From: a virus
Length of the DNA: 64,000 bases
IMG/VR virus record: IMGVR_UViG_3300045988_173832
Direction: 5' to 3' (one strand)
Positions 1 through 10,085 of the stretch are shown one piece after another (the stretch's first letter is position 1; each line of letters opens with the position of its first letter). A program made the position numbers and the translations under genes. Under the pieces are notes generated by a model. The model was not told the DNA's origin and did not search any database. It saw nothing but the letters and a program-made list of their open reading frames with translations.

Positions 1-420
1 CAGGAACAGTGGAGGTCTGTGATCGAACAGATGTACAGGGAGTATGCAGATTGTACACCGAGATTTAGTAGACATCTTAACTTTGTTACAGGCGATAAGT
101 TTGATAATGCTGGTCATCTCGATTTTCATCATAGACGCATGATACTCGATATGTTTATTGTATTTGGGTATCATGAAAAACTATTTTCTTGGAACAATCC
201 TACACACTTTATGCTGCGTGTGTGTGATAACTGCGTAGTGTATCGTGATTGGATGGTTTAATAAACTAGGCGTGTGCAGCCGTTTAGTAGTATGTCATAA
301 TAATCTTTAGAAGGAGGCTGTCCCACCCTCCTTCCAACAGTAGGATCCTTCAGATCCTTCAACGCTCTATAGTAATGCACAGATATGACCAGCTACTGTC
401 TATTGTGAAAGGAGTACTTT

Positions 421-1275
421 ATGTACAATTACAGCAATTTGGTACACACTGTTGTAGCTAGTGGTGAAAGATATGCCGCTAGAGTACACAAACAGACTAT
501 GCCATTTATGGTTCTGAGGCGTTTGGCAGCGGAGGATAATATGAACTCCACATTTAAGAGTGCAAATATCTCTGCAGCTAGAGCTGTGGAGTACACTTTA
601 CGTGGTTTACGTGATACACTGACCGCTCGTAAGGAAGATAAGCCTAAGCTTATGCGCATTTGGGACAGTGGATTCTTGGCTTTGACAGAGATCCTGCGCA
701 TTTATGGTGTGAAGATTGTAGAAGGTAGTCATTTTGCGGCAACACTGTATAAGACGCTTAAGTCAATTGATTACGATGTCTTAACAGAGAGCTTCTGCAG
801 GGCGAATAACTCAAAGCACATGACAGTTAGGATGTTTAGTCATGCTCTTGCATACCCTGCAATGTATACATCTGCAAATATTTGTCAGCGTACAATAGCT
901 CGTATGCAGCGGCTGCATACCAGATATGGTATCAATATTGAGATGAGTGATTTTTCTGACGAGCAGCGTATTGATATTGTTGATCTGACAAAGACGATTA
1001 TTGACAGTGCAGAGGTATCTGGCTACTATTACACATTTAGATACTTTGCTGCTTTCGCTCCGAGATTTAAGCTCTCTGATGAGTTAGTAAAGAGCATCAC
1101 AAACTGCCTTGATCACGAGAATTATAATAAGAATGTGCTCTTACAGGTTTATTGGGAGCTCAGGAAGTTAAACGCACAGGGTGAGTTGCCTGAACAGCAG
1201 GGTATCATCTACTTATTTGACTTGTATGGTGGACCTTATTTCAATGCCGGGTACACTAATGTCTTCGGACGTTAA
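421..1275 (+). CDS. hypothetical protein (284 aa)
   Basis: Long ORF in track; ATG preceded by GAAAGGAG RBS; no recognisable motif. Confidence 0.5.
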   Translation: MYNYSNLVHTVVASGERYAARVHKQTMPFMVLRRLAAEDNMNSTFKSANISAARAVEYTLRGLRDTLTARKEDKPKLMRIWDSGFLALTEILRIYGVKIVEGSHFAATLYKTLKSIDYDVLTESFCRANNSKHMTVRMFSHALAYPAMYTSANICQRTIARMQRLHTRYGINIEMSDFSDEQRIDIVDLTKTIIDSAEVSGYYYTFRYFAAFAPRFKLSDELVKSITNCLDHENYNKNVLLQVYWELRKLNAQGELPEQQGIIYLFDLYGGPYFNAGYTNVFGR

Positions 1276-1319
1276 GTCAGTATAAAGTGTACATTTAGCA
1301 GGTTGTAGATCAGGATAAT

Positions 1320-1495
1320 AGAATGAATCTGACTGATTCATTAAGTAGTTACAGTAATGTGCCATGATGATAAGCAACCTGCACAGCGCATGCAGCTGTG
1401 ATATTGTAGGCTGATAGTATCTTTGGAGCTGCTGCATGCACTGTGCAGCTCCAACAGAATGAATCTGACTGATTCATTAAGTGGTTATAGTAATG
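1320..1495. repeat. two 40-bp direct repeats (1320-1359 and 1456-1495, 38/40 identical), each holding an inverted repeat aatgaatc-N5-gattcatt, flanking a long GC-rich inverted repeat (about 1378-1450)
   Basis: Read directly from sequence; arms ctgcacagcgcatgcagc / gctgctgcatgcactgtgcag are near-perfect reverse complements. Confidence 0.6.
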
Positions 1496-1725
1496 CATCA
1501 TTTCAGAAGGCAGTATCAAATTATTTTATATTTGTGTGATAACAGATACAGTTACTTAGGCTTCATGGCAGTAGTCATGAAGTTTTTATACGGACAGGGC
1601 TTTAGCAGCAGTTAAGGCTGAATGTAGGGAATGCCACAAGAGGTGGCACAACGCTTGATGGTGGGTTTGAGGCATAACGAGATGACAATTTGCGCATGAG
1701 CAGAAAGTCATAACCAAATAGTATC

Positions 1726-1754
1726 TTGACACTAGGATTTAAGTGTGTTATACT
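1726..1754 (+). promoter_or_regulatory. sigma-70/SigA-type promoter: TTGACA, 17-bp spacer, TGtTATACT (extended -10)
   Basis: Consensus -35 and extended -10 read from sequence, about 45 bp upstream of ORF 1798. Confidence 0.55.
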
Positions 1755-1797
1755 ATTAGCAAAATAATGTTTCTTAGCTGAGATTGGAGAATAAAGC

Positions 1798-2274
1798 ATG
1801 CTTCACATTTATTTCAATCCTAGGGACGATTATGACAGTGTCTTAACCGAGGATAACTATCGTATTCAGCCAACCTTTTGGTTTGATTATCAAGGAGGTG
1901 CTGATTATATTACTGGAGATGTTGAACGAGCAATTATTGCAGATATCGATAAAGGTGAAGTTATCAATAGAAACATGATTGATTTCCCAGTTTTTGGGTG
2001 TATGTCTCCAGATAAGCTATCGGGTACTTCCAAAACACTTATTCTTGCCAACAATGAACCAGGCATATACGTAAATGGGGACTTTGTTGGTAATAATGGT
2101 TATAGGTGGATTCTATCTTTAGCAGAAGACAAGGATATCTATCTACATGCTACGTGTCTGATGCATTTCCAATGCGATTTTAAAGCTCATATTATTAATG
2201 ATGATTCTTATATTTCCTCTTGGAAGGAGTTTTTAGATAAGGGGGTAGATTTCTTATATGAAAGGAATTCGTAA
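1798..2274 (+). CDS. hypothetical protein (158 aa)
   Basis: ORF track; downstream of consensus promoter. Confidence 0.5.
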   Translation: MLHIYFNPRDDYDSVLTEDNYRIQPTFWFDYQGGADYITGDVERAIIADIDKGEVINRNMIDFPVFGCMSPDKLSGTSKTLILANNEPGIYVNGDFVGNNGYRWILSLAEDKDIYLHATCLMHFQCDFKAHIINDDSYISSWKEFLDKGVDFLYERNS

Positions 2275-3232
2275 GTTTCAATTATCCTCAAAGAATATCT
2301 TGTTTGATATTGAGCTGCATAGAAATGTTACAGTAATTCGCGGTGACGGCGCAACATATAAGACAATGTTCTGTAATATGCTTAGAGCAGCCCATGTCAA
2401 GGGAAGCGGTGTTCATCTTCGCAGTTATCAAGCTGAAGTCCTCTGTTTAACAGATCAGGAGTTTAATGCAGATAATTTAGTACAGTACAAAAATAAAGAC
2501 GTCATTCTTGTATTTGACGAATCTTCTTCTTGTATACGTACAACAGCATTTAGAGAAGCAATTGAATCCACAGGTTGCTACTTTATTCTAATCACTAGAA
2601 ATAGATGTGACTGCTTTGGTATGAGCATGAAAGAGCTGTATGAGTTCACATATTCTGACTCAGTCGACTTAAGCAAGCGTGTGATTAGCATGAACCCACT
2701 TTACAAGAGTGATTGTTATGGAATATTAAGCAATCAGTCACAGGTGATTACTGAAGATTCTAATGCAGGCAAGCAGTTCTTTAACAGGGCATATGGGCAT
2801 GAACACGTTTACACCTCTCATGGCAAAAGTAATATTCCTGCAGCAATAAAAGAGTATTCAGATAGTATTGTAGTTGTGGATGGAGCAGCATTCGGTTTTG
2901 AAGTAGAAGATGTTCTCCCTCTGCTGTCAGCATACAATTGCTATTTAGTAGCAAAAGAGTCTTTTGAATATGTATTGTTGAAGTCTGGAATTTTGAAGAA
3001 TCTTGTGACCATTAATATCGATGAGCCGGAGGTTGATTCAAAGAAATATTTAACATGGGAACGTTTTTACACAGATTATATTCAAGAGATTACATCAGGA
3101 ACTGTTTTTGAATATAATAAAGTACATTTAAATGAAGCCTACTACATTTCGCAAGACAACAAACAGAAAATTTTGGATGTTTACAAATTACCATATGCTT
3201 TATTTTCAGAAACCACTTCATATTTTGAATAA
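2258..3232 (+). CDS. hypothetical protein (324 aa); possible degenerate P-loop NTPase (RGDGATYKT ... VILVFDE)
   Basis: ORF track; weak Walker A/B-like motifs only. Confidence 0.45.
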   Translation: MKGIRKFQLSSKNILFDIELHRNVTVIRGDGATYKTMFCNMLRAAHVKGSGVHLRSYQAEVLCLTDQEFNADNLVQYKNKDVILVFDESSSCIRTTAFREAIESTGCYFILITRNRCDCFGMSMKELYEFTYSDSVDLSKRVISMNPLYKSDCYGILSNQSQVITEDSNAGKQFFNRAYGHEHVYTSHGKSNIPAAIKEYSDSIVVVDGAAFGFEVEDVLPLLSAYNCYLVAKESFEYVLLKSGILKNLVTINIDEPEVDSKKYLTWERFYTDYIQEITSGTVFEYNKVHLNEAYYISQDNKQKILDVYKLPYALFSETTSYFE

Positions 3233-3287
3233 CACATGTTATGACTGTACGCTGTACAGTCATATTTCTTTAGTAGGAGGTAAATAT

Positions 3288-3470
3288 ATGTCTACTTATG
3301 AGATCATCAGCTTTAACGGCAAAGTTATTTCTACAGGCATATGTAAAGACATCAGGCACTATTATGATCCATTTACACATGTAGAAATGGTTGACTTTAC
3401 AGATTCAGTAACGAATACAGTTATCACGATTTGTAAAGATTTTGTTACTATCACACCTTTAGCAGCTTAA
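3288..3470 (+). CDS. small hypothetical protein (60 aa), internal start of ORF 3132..3470
   Basis: ATG 3288 preceded by CTTTAGTAGGAGG (RBS AGGAGG, 7-nt spacer); ends ...TPLAA. Confidence 0.4.
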   Translation: MSTYEIISFNGKVISTGICKDIRHYYDPFTHVEMVDFTDSVTNTVITICKDFVTITPLAA

Positions 3471-3487
3471 GGAGACGAATAAATATT

Positions 3488-4222
3488 ATGCGTATATGTA
3501 AAAAGGGAATTAATGACCTTAAAACTTGGTGCTCACAGCATGGAAATTTTGGTCAACAGCTAATGACCGAATGGACAGAAGATATTCCAATGGATAGCAT
3601 AGCCAGAGGAAGTGGTAAAAAAGTCAAATGGAGATGTTCAAAAGGACACGAGTGGTATGTAAGCATAAATGAAAGAACAGGGAAAAAGCGAAGTTGTCCT
3701 TATTGCTTTAGAGAAAACGCAAGTACATTGATGACAAAAGCAAGCCTTTCAGAAGAAAACAGTCTTAAAACCTGGTGTATGCAGAATGGCGCATTTGGTC
3801 AGCAGCTCATTAGTGAATGGACAGGCAAATTATATGACGGAACCAAAACAAATTTAGATGAAGTAACAAGAGCAAGTGGCAAGAGAGTTAAGTGGAGATG
3901 TGACAAAGGGCATGAATGGTATGCTACAATATATAGTAGAACGAGACAAAAGTGTGGTTGTCCTTATTGTTCTGGACGGATGGCTTCAGAAGAAAACAGT
4001 TTAAAAACTTGGTGTATGCAAAATGGTGATTTTGGTAAGCAGCTTATGAGTGAATGGACAGGTGAGCTTGAAGATGGAGCTAAAACAAGTTTAGATGAGG
4101 TAGCAAAGGCAAGTCGTAAGAGGGTCAGGTGGAGATGTGACAAAGGGCATGAATGGTATACAGCAATCTGGCAAAGAACAAGCCAGAAGACAGAGTGCCC
4201 TTATTGTTACAGAAAAAATTGA
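3488..4222 (+). CDS. protein with three tandem zinc-ribbon repeats of about 70 aa (W-C..GHEW...CPYC; resembles DUF4379/PF14311 'probable zinc-ribbon')
   Basis: Three near-identical repeats visible in translation (KRVKWRCDKGHEWY...CPYC). Confidence 0.6.
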   Translation: MRICKKGINDLKTWCSQHGNFGQQLMTEWTEDIPMDSIARGSGKKVKWRCSKGHEWYVSINERTGKKRSCPYCFRENASTLMTKASLSEENSLKTWCMQNGAFGQQLISEWTGKLYDGTKTNLDEVTRASGKRVKWRCDKGHEWYATIYSRTRQKCGCPYCSGRMASEENSLKTWCMQNGDFGKQLMSEWTGELEDGAKTSLDEVAKASRKRVRWRCDKGHEWYTAIWQRTSQKTECPYCYRKN

Positions 4223-4283
4223 AGCAAATAGGGAATCAGCACTCCTCACGTCAACTGATTACTTTTAATTATAAGGAGATTTT

Positions 4284-5201
4284 ATGCTTTACGTATATGA
4301 GTACCTAGATTCTATAGTTCTGGTAAGAGAGATATGCAAGCATTGCACAGATTACATCGCATGTCCACCACGATTTTTTAATGATATGATTAGTCATATA
4401 GATTTTACTGATGAAACTATTCATGATATAATTTCACAAGTGGATTCTTCACTTATAAATCGTATTTATGCTGCAATTGATCATCAAGCGCTAGAAGATG
4501 TGTGCGCAATACTGTCAGATAGCTGTAAAACTGCAATTATAGCGCACCTCTATCAGGATTATTGTATATCGTTGGATTACGCATCATCTTTCTTAGTAGA
4601 AGAACTGATTCATAGTTGGGCTAAGCTTCGGGATGTAAGTATAGCAACAAGCAGACCACTTACGAATGTATATTGCAGTGCTCCAACATATTTTGTCCCA
4701 AGAGGAACATGCTATTCAATTGAGCAGATCAATAGATATATTGACGCTGATTTGAAAGCAGAGCACAAGTCTTTACAGTGTCAGTTGTCTACAGATGGTT
4801 TTTATTTAGATTTTGATCTTGCTGGACCTATACAGATAGTGCATGATAAATATAGTTGTGCATCTAGACTTTATGAATTGGCACGAACACATACTAATGA
4901 TATAATGGAAGGCACTGACCTATTATTGGGGGCTTATACACCAGGACAGTTTACAATGTTTCCACGAACTGCTAAGCATGTTTGGGTGGTTGACCCCTAT
5001 GAAGAACTTATTGATAGCTCGGTAGTAGCACAGGAAATAATATCAGCTTCAATGAAGGGGCATTATTTTATCATACCAACATTGAAACCCATGCGCAGTT
5101 ATTTTCAGGATGCTATTTATACAGATAGAGACCTAACTTTTGCAGAGCATACTTTTAAGATACAGAAGCCCACGCCTACTACATCAACTAATTACTTTTG
5201 A
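4284..5201 (+). CDS. hypothetical protein, paralog of ORF 8615..9502 ('MLY..E / YIACPP / LSDSCKT / TLKPM..YF' family)
   Basis: Shared N-terminal and C-terminal motifs with 8615..9502 visible in translations. Confidence 0.6.
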   Translation: MLYVYEYLDSIVLVREICKHCTDYIACPPRFFNDMISHIDFTDETIHDIISQVDSSLINRIYAAIDHQALEDVCAILSDSCKTAIIAHLYQDYCISLDYASSFLVEELIHSWAKLRDVSIATSRPLTNVYCSAPTYFVPRGTCYSIEQINRYIDADLKAEHKSLQCQLSTDGFYLDFDLAGPIQIVHDKYSCASRLYELARTHTNDIMEGTDLLLGAYTPGQFTMFPRTAKHVWVVDPYEELIDSSVVAQEIISASMKGHYFIIPTLKPMRSYFQDAIYTDRDLTFAEHTFKIQKPTPTTSTNYF

Positions 5202-5317
5202 TTATAAGGATATTTCATGTCAAAACATCTTTTAGCAGCTGAAAAAAAGTCTGAAGAAATATGCTGTTACAACTAAACCTGCAGATGCTATGGCTAATCT
5301 GCACTTTGTGCTGATTC

Positions 5318-5554
5318 ATGGATATGGGAGTCGCTGTAAGTAACATGAACAAACACATTCGAAATGTTTATAAATCCATATTCAACGAAAATTTCAACCC
5401 CGCTTTACCAGACAATCGTTTGAAAATGCAAAGTATGGTATATCTTCTTCAGGAGAGTGGAACATCATTAGGCGATTATGGTTTTCTATGGTACAAATGC
5501 GGCTTATATTGTCAGGCATTAACTGACGATATGCTTGAAGAAAACACAAAATAA
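5318..5554 (+). CDS. hypothetical small protein (78 aa) in atypical-codon segment
   Basis: ORF track; C-ending codons enriched compared with flanks. Confidence 0.35.
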   Translation: MDMGVAVSNMNKHIRNVYKSIFNENFNPALPDNRLKMQSMVYLLQESGTSLGDYGFLWYKCGLYCQALTDDMLEENTK

Positions 5555-5597
5555 AACAATAAATGTACGAAAAGGAAACAAATTCTGAGAGAACAAC

Positions 5598-6026
5598 ATG
5601 GCATTAAACGAAATATTACAGAACATAACAATCCTCACAAACAACAGCGCAAGCCCCACCGGTTTTGCATGGGAATGCATCGTCTTATGCGGAATAGCAT
5701 GCTGTATTATGATTGCATGGCTTATATGCGAGATCATAAATTATGGACATACTTCAGTCAAGATTTTTGCAGGCTTTATGGCAACGCTTTTTGCTGCTTG
5801 TATAATAGGCGGCATTTTATTGATTTGCAACGAAGACATGCATCTTGCTGGCACAGTAGTAAACCTATACGTCAGATTCAACGACGTCACAATCGAAGAT
5901 ATGTCACAGTATTTCAAAATAAGTAATATGACAGCGGCAAATGAAGGAATATACGCTGATATAACGCCTATTGCTGAATATAGCATGGAAATTAAGCATG
6001 CATTGAACAGCATGGGTGTAATCTAA
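5598..6026 (+). CDS. small membrane protein (142 aa, 2-3 TM helices)
   Basis: Hydrophobic segments; RBS-like GGAAACAAATTCTGAGAGAACAACATG weak. Confidence 0.4.
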   Translation: MALNEILQNITILTNNSASPTGFAWECIVLCGIACCIMIAWLICEIINYGHTSVKIFAGFMATLFAACIIGGILLICNEDMHLAGTVVNLYVRFNDVTIEDMSQYFKISNMTAANEGIYADITPIAEYSMEIKHALNSMGVI

Positions 6027-6395
6027 AGATACACAAATCTCTGATAGACACAGTCTATGGTCTGTCTTCCACGGAACTTAATGCAATCTCAACCAGAAAT
6101 AACAATCAGTTTTACAAGCATAGACAAAGTAAAACACATCATAAGCGAAGACATTATAGAAACTTCTATAAATATGCTGGTGTGTCATCACACCACGACA
6201 AACAGGATTACGAAGATTGTAATAAATATATCGTTTATTTTCGGCGACAAAATCGCAAACCTGATAACAATTTCGGCTATCAGGATGAGCATTTTGTTGA
6301 AACAGAAAACAACTGGAAAGAAACATGAGTCAGAAAATAATATCTGTGGCACAAGCCACGCCACATCAACATTTCTGAAGAAAGGAAAGAACAAA

Positions 6396-7253
6396 ATGCT
6401 TAACATTGCCAAATCTGCAAAAATCATTCAGAAAGAACTTGATAAGCAAACGCTTGAAAACGCAACGTCTGGCTGGATGGAAGAAAACATCACGCAGACT
6501 ATATACAGTGGCGGCTGTGAAATCAAAATGCCAAAAACAGATGTCAACGATTTCGATGCCTGTATTACATACATTTATGAAACGCTCAAACTTGCAAGAG
6601 AAAGAAATAAGCGTTTTTGCATCGACAAGCATGACATTGACAAGGAAAACATTGCACAAACTATAACCGCTGTCATATCCGAATTTCAGCGCACGCAGGT
6701 AAATCCTGAAATCGATGCATACCGCTATTCCAGACTGGCTGCTGCAGCCGGCATTCGGGAAAACTATATCCCAAATAAAGCAACCATCACAGCCAGACTA
6801 TTGAACCAGCTCAGCAAGGTTCGTAGTGAGATAAGTGATAAGGACGATATTGTTATTGTCATGAGCCGTCATGCTTACGACAAGCTTATATATTCAGATA
6901 AAGTTTCGCAAAATATCGAAACATCTCAGTTCAGACAGGGCGAACTCGATTTGTATGTAAAGTCCATTGATAATGTTTATATCATTCCTGTGCCGTCTAC
7001 AAGAATGAAAACCGCATACACATTCAATGATAACGAGGGATTTGCTGCAATCGAAAATGCCAAAGAAATCAACTGGATCATCTGTCCCAGAACAACCCCT
7101 ATTGCAATATCCAAGACGGACAATATTGTAATCACAACACCCGAAACAAATCAGTTTGACCCTGATTTATGGGACGTTGATTACAGCAAATATTATGACC
7201 TGTTCATACCCGACAACAAGAAAGCTACTATTGCTGTTTCCATTAGAGAATAA
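6396..7253 (+). CDS. hypothetical protein (285 aa); ORF 6057..7253 in track with a likely real start at ATG 6396
   Basis: First in-frame ATG with AAAGGA upstream; region 6057-6395 A/C-rich and probably non-coding. Confidence 0.45.
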   Translation: MLNIAKSAKIIQKELDKQTLENATSGWMEENITQTIYSGGCEIKMPKTDVNDFDACITYIYETLKLARERNKRFCIDKHDIDKENIAQTITAVISEFQRTQVNPEIDAYRYSRLAAAAGIRENYIPNKATITARLLNQLSKVRSEISDKDDIVIVMSRHAYDKLIYSDKVSQNIETSQFRQGELDLYVKSIDNVYIIPVPSTRMKTAYTFNDNEGFAAIENAKEINWIICPRTTPIAISKTDNIVITTPETNQFDPDLWDVDYSKYYDLFIPDNKKATIAVSIRE

Positions 7254-7278
7254 CACTTGAAAGAGGTGACAAAACCAA

Positions 7279-7297
7279 CATGATGAATTTCATCATG
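7279..7297. promoter_or_regulatory. perfect 19-bp palindrome catgatgaa-t-ttcatcatg (operator-like) in intergenic region
   Basis: Read from sequence. Confidence 0.4.
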
Positions 7298-7505
7298 CCA
7301 GACCCTAAAACGTAACCAAAAATAGTATTAAATGCCCCTTGATTCGGGAAATTGCTATCGATATGTGTAAATCAATGCTGGGCAAGGATAATTTCGATAC
7401 GCAGACATCTTACTGATGTCATGAAGAAAGGAGAATTGACATGACCAAAAACGAAATTAAGGCAGATTTATGCCTGGGAGCTACTGTTTATTAAAAGGAG
7501 TTTTT

Positions 7506-8600
7506 ATGTCAAAACATATATGGGGTTACTGGGACTGCCAGTGTGGGCATACGCATATTCGAGGAGACGTCACAGAATGCCCAGGATGCGGTTCTCCGCG
7601 TTTAGCAGATACAAAATTTTATGTGGATACATCGGTCAAAGAGTATGTAGAGGATTCCCAGAAAAATTCAAACCCAAACTGGATTTGCAATTACTGTAAT
7701 ACTCAGAATGCTTCTGCAGACCAAGTATGCAAACAGTGTGGAGCATCACGAGAAAAAGATTCTCAGACTTATTTTAATCATGGTGATAACTCATCAAACA
7801 AAAGAATGGTGCAATCTTCAGTTATAGCGCAGTGCAATATGACTAACAACGAACAGCCAGCATCTGATAAAGATACAATTTCAAGCAGAATCAGAGCTAT
7901 TCCTCGACAGGCAAAGTTAGCAATCATATGGACAACCTTAGCAGTGACGCTAATAGCTTTGTTAGCTTGGCTGTTTATACCAGTCGAGCATCAAATGACA
8001 GTTGAAGGCTTTAGCTGGCAACGAAGCATAGCAGTTGAAGAATTAAGAACATTTGATGAGTCTGGGTGGTCTCTTCCAACAAATGCTCGTTTGGATTATA
8101 CTCGTCAGGAGTTTCATCATAATGAAGAAGTCCTAGATCATTATGCTACTGAAACTCGGCAGGTTGAGCGTAAGCGCATAACGGGATATGATGAAAGAAT
8201 TGTAGGATATAGAGATCTGGGAAATGGCCAGTTTGAAGAAGAAACAGTAAGAGAACCAATCTATGAAACATACTATGAAACAGAGACATATCAGGATCCA
8301 GTATACAGAATGGAACCAGTCTATATGACGAAGTACTATTACGAGATAGACAGATGGACAAAGACACGCTCAGTAGACACAAGCGATTCAGGTAAAAGCC
8401 CGTACTGGGGCAAGATAGCTTTAGTAGACAAAGAGCGACGTGGAACATCATCTGAAAGTTATTTCATAAATGGACATATTGAAGATGAATATAAACAATT
8501 TTCAATCAATTATGAAGACTGGTCAAGATTATTTGAAGGGGATATAATTTCGTTTACAACATTTAGATTTGGCAATGAGATTTTGAGCATGACAGCTTAA
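7506..8600 (+). CDS. zinc-ribbon membrane protein (two CxxC...CxxC ribbons, one TM, Tyr/Glu-rich repeats); likely real start ATG 7506
   Basis: AAAGGAG RBS 5 nt before ATG 7506; CQCGH..CPGCG and CNYCN..CKQCG motifs. Confidence 0.55.
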   Translation: MSKHIWGYWDCQCGHTHIRGDVTECPGCGSPRLADTKFYVDTSVKEYVEDSQKNSNPNWICNYCNTQNASADQVCKQCGASREKDSQTYFNHGDNSSNKRMVQSSVIAQCNMTNNEQPASDKDTISSRIRAIPRQAKLAIIWTTLAVTLIALLAWLFIPVEHQMTVEGFSWQRSIAVEELRTFDESGWSLPTNARLDYTRQEFHHNEEVLDHYATETRQVERKRITGYDERIVGYRDLGNGQFEEETVREPIYETYYETETYQDPVYRMEPVYMTKYYYEIDRWTKTRSVDTSDSGKSPYWGKIALVDKERRGTSSESYFINGHIEDEYKQFSINYEDWSRLFEGDIISFTTFRFGNEILSMTA

Positions 8601-8614
8601 CAGGAGGAAGTATT

Positions 8615-9502
8615 ATGCTTTACATATGGGAAGATAATATAAATTTACGTGAAGTCGCAATTGAAAGTAATATGGAATATATAGCCTGTCCGCCAACCTG
8701 GTTTAACTCAGAGGCATTTCTGCAGATGAACTTAAACAAATTTAAGGAGATTATTCAAAGAGTTGATAATAAGTCTTTAGCAGAGGTTAAAGATCCTATA
8801 GCAGACCTTTCAGACAGTTGTAAAACTGTTATTGTTGTATATCATTATTATTCTGGTTATATTGTATCCCTAGATTTTATGGAATCTTCAGTTGGAGGTG
8901 CAATGATTGCAGAACTGTCCAGTATTAGAGATGTAAGAGTAGCTACAAGTCATGCAATAGCATGCTTGCCTTCTAACACACTTGCATACATAATGAATGA
9001 TGCAGCTGATCTTCATAAGGATATCAATCAGTGCATTGAAGAGGCATTTAAGCCTAAAGATAGATCGCTATATTGTAAATCATCTGCTGGAAGTTACAGA
9101 ACAGAACTTGAGTTTGCAAAGAACATTCAGGTAGTCAGAGGTGACTCCAGAGAGATGAAGATGCTCTACGATTTTGTCAAGCGTGAAGGAGACATACCTT
9201 TAGCAGGAACAAATCTTATGCTAAGTAATTATGAATCTTATAAGTTTCGTAATGACCACTATCGGTGCAATAATGTGTACATAACTAATCCATATGATAC
9301 AGAGTTGGCAGATCCTGCTGTAGCAATGGAGATTATGACAGTGGCTATAACCGGAGGCTATTTCTTAATCTCAACACTGAAACCGATGCATAACTATTTT
9401 GCTGAAATGATTGATACACAGGGCAGGCTACGTTTAGTAGGAGACACATTTAAGCTTACAACACATAATGAAGCAAGTGAAACTAATCTGTTCGGGGAGT
9501 GA
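8615..9502 (+). CDS. hypothetical protein, paralog of 4284..5201
   Basis: Shared motifs with 4284..5201; GGAGG RBS. Confidence 0.6.
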   Translation: MLYIWEDNINLREVAIESNMEYIACPPTWFNSEAFLQMNLNKFKEIIQRVDNKSLAEVKDPIADLSDSCKTVIVVYHYYSGYIVSLDFMESSVGGAMIAELSSIRDVRVATSHAIACLPSNTLAYIMNDAADLHKDINQCIEEAFKPKDRSLYCKSSAGSYRTELEFAKNIQVVRGDSREMKMLYDFVKREGDIPLAGTNLMLSNYESYKFRNDHYRCNNVYITNPYDTELADPAVAMEIMTVAITGGYFLISTLKPMHNYFAEMIDTQGRLRLVGDTFKLTTHNEASETNLFGE

Positions 9503-9597
9503 GATATTGAAGCATAACTTGGAAGCAGTTGGAATAATTATCGTATTTTCGGTTTCACTTTTTATTGTTTTATGTATAATTGGATAAGGAGATATCT

Positions 9598-10071
9598 ATG
9601 ACGCATTGTTTAAAAACTAAACCGAAATATTTTAACGCAATCCTATCTGGTTTAAAGACATTTGAGCTAAGAAAGAGTGATCGAAATTATCACATTAACG
9701 ATGAGCTTATCTTAGCAGAGTATGACACCACATTTACGGGTCGAAAAGTATCTGCAAGAATTTCATATATCTTAAATGTGGGTGATATTTGTCAGGAAGC
9801 TGCTAACTTTGTGATATTAGGTTTAAGCATGCATGATATATCAGAATTTCAAAATATCTTTGACTATGTTAAGAGCGCTGACTGGAATAACCATGTTTGC
9901 TTTGAGCAGTTACGCGCACTTTGGACAGCCTATTGTATACACAATCATTATGAGTGCGACACATATGCATATGATACAAAGCTGCGAGAATTGTACGAGG
10001 AGTATGCACAGCATGATGTTTCCTTAACAGTTGAGCAGTTTGATGAATATATGTGTGAACATCTTGTTTAA
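9598..10071 (+). CDS. ASCH-like (DUF3850-type) domain protein
   Basis: KPKYFNAILSGLKTFELRKSDR..NDELIL matches my recollection of the DUF3850/ASCH pattern; AAGGAG RBS before ATG 9598. Confidence 0.45.
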   Translation: MTHCLKTKPKYFNAILSGLKTFELRKSDRNYHINDELILAEYDTTFTGRKVSARISYILNVGDICQEAANFVILGLSMHDISEFQNIFDYVKSADWNNHVCFEQLRALWTAYCIHNHYECDTYAYDTKLRELYEEYAQHDVSLTVEQFDEYMCEHLV

Positions 10072-10085
10072 TTAGGAGGTACTTA

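Noticed and set aside
310-334. Hairpin gaaggagg-N9-cctccttc after ORF 19..261
   Set aside because: It pairs an SD-like sequence with an anti-SD-like sequence, but has no U-tract and no downstream start. It may be a weak terminator or nothing.
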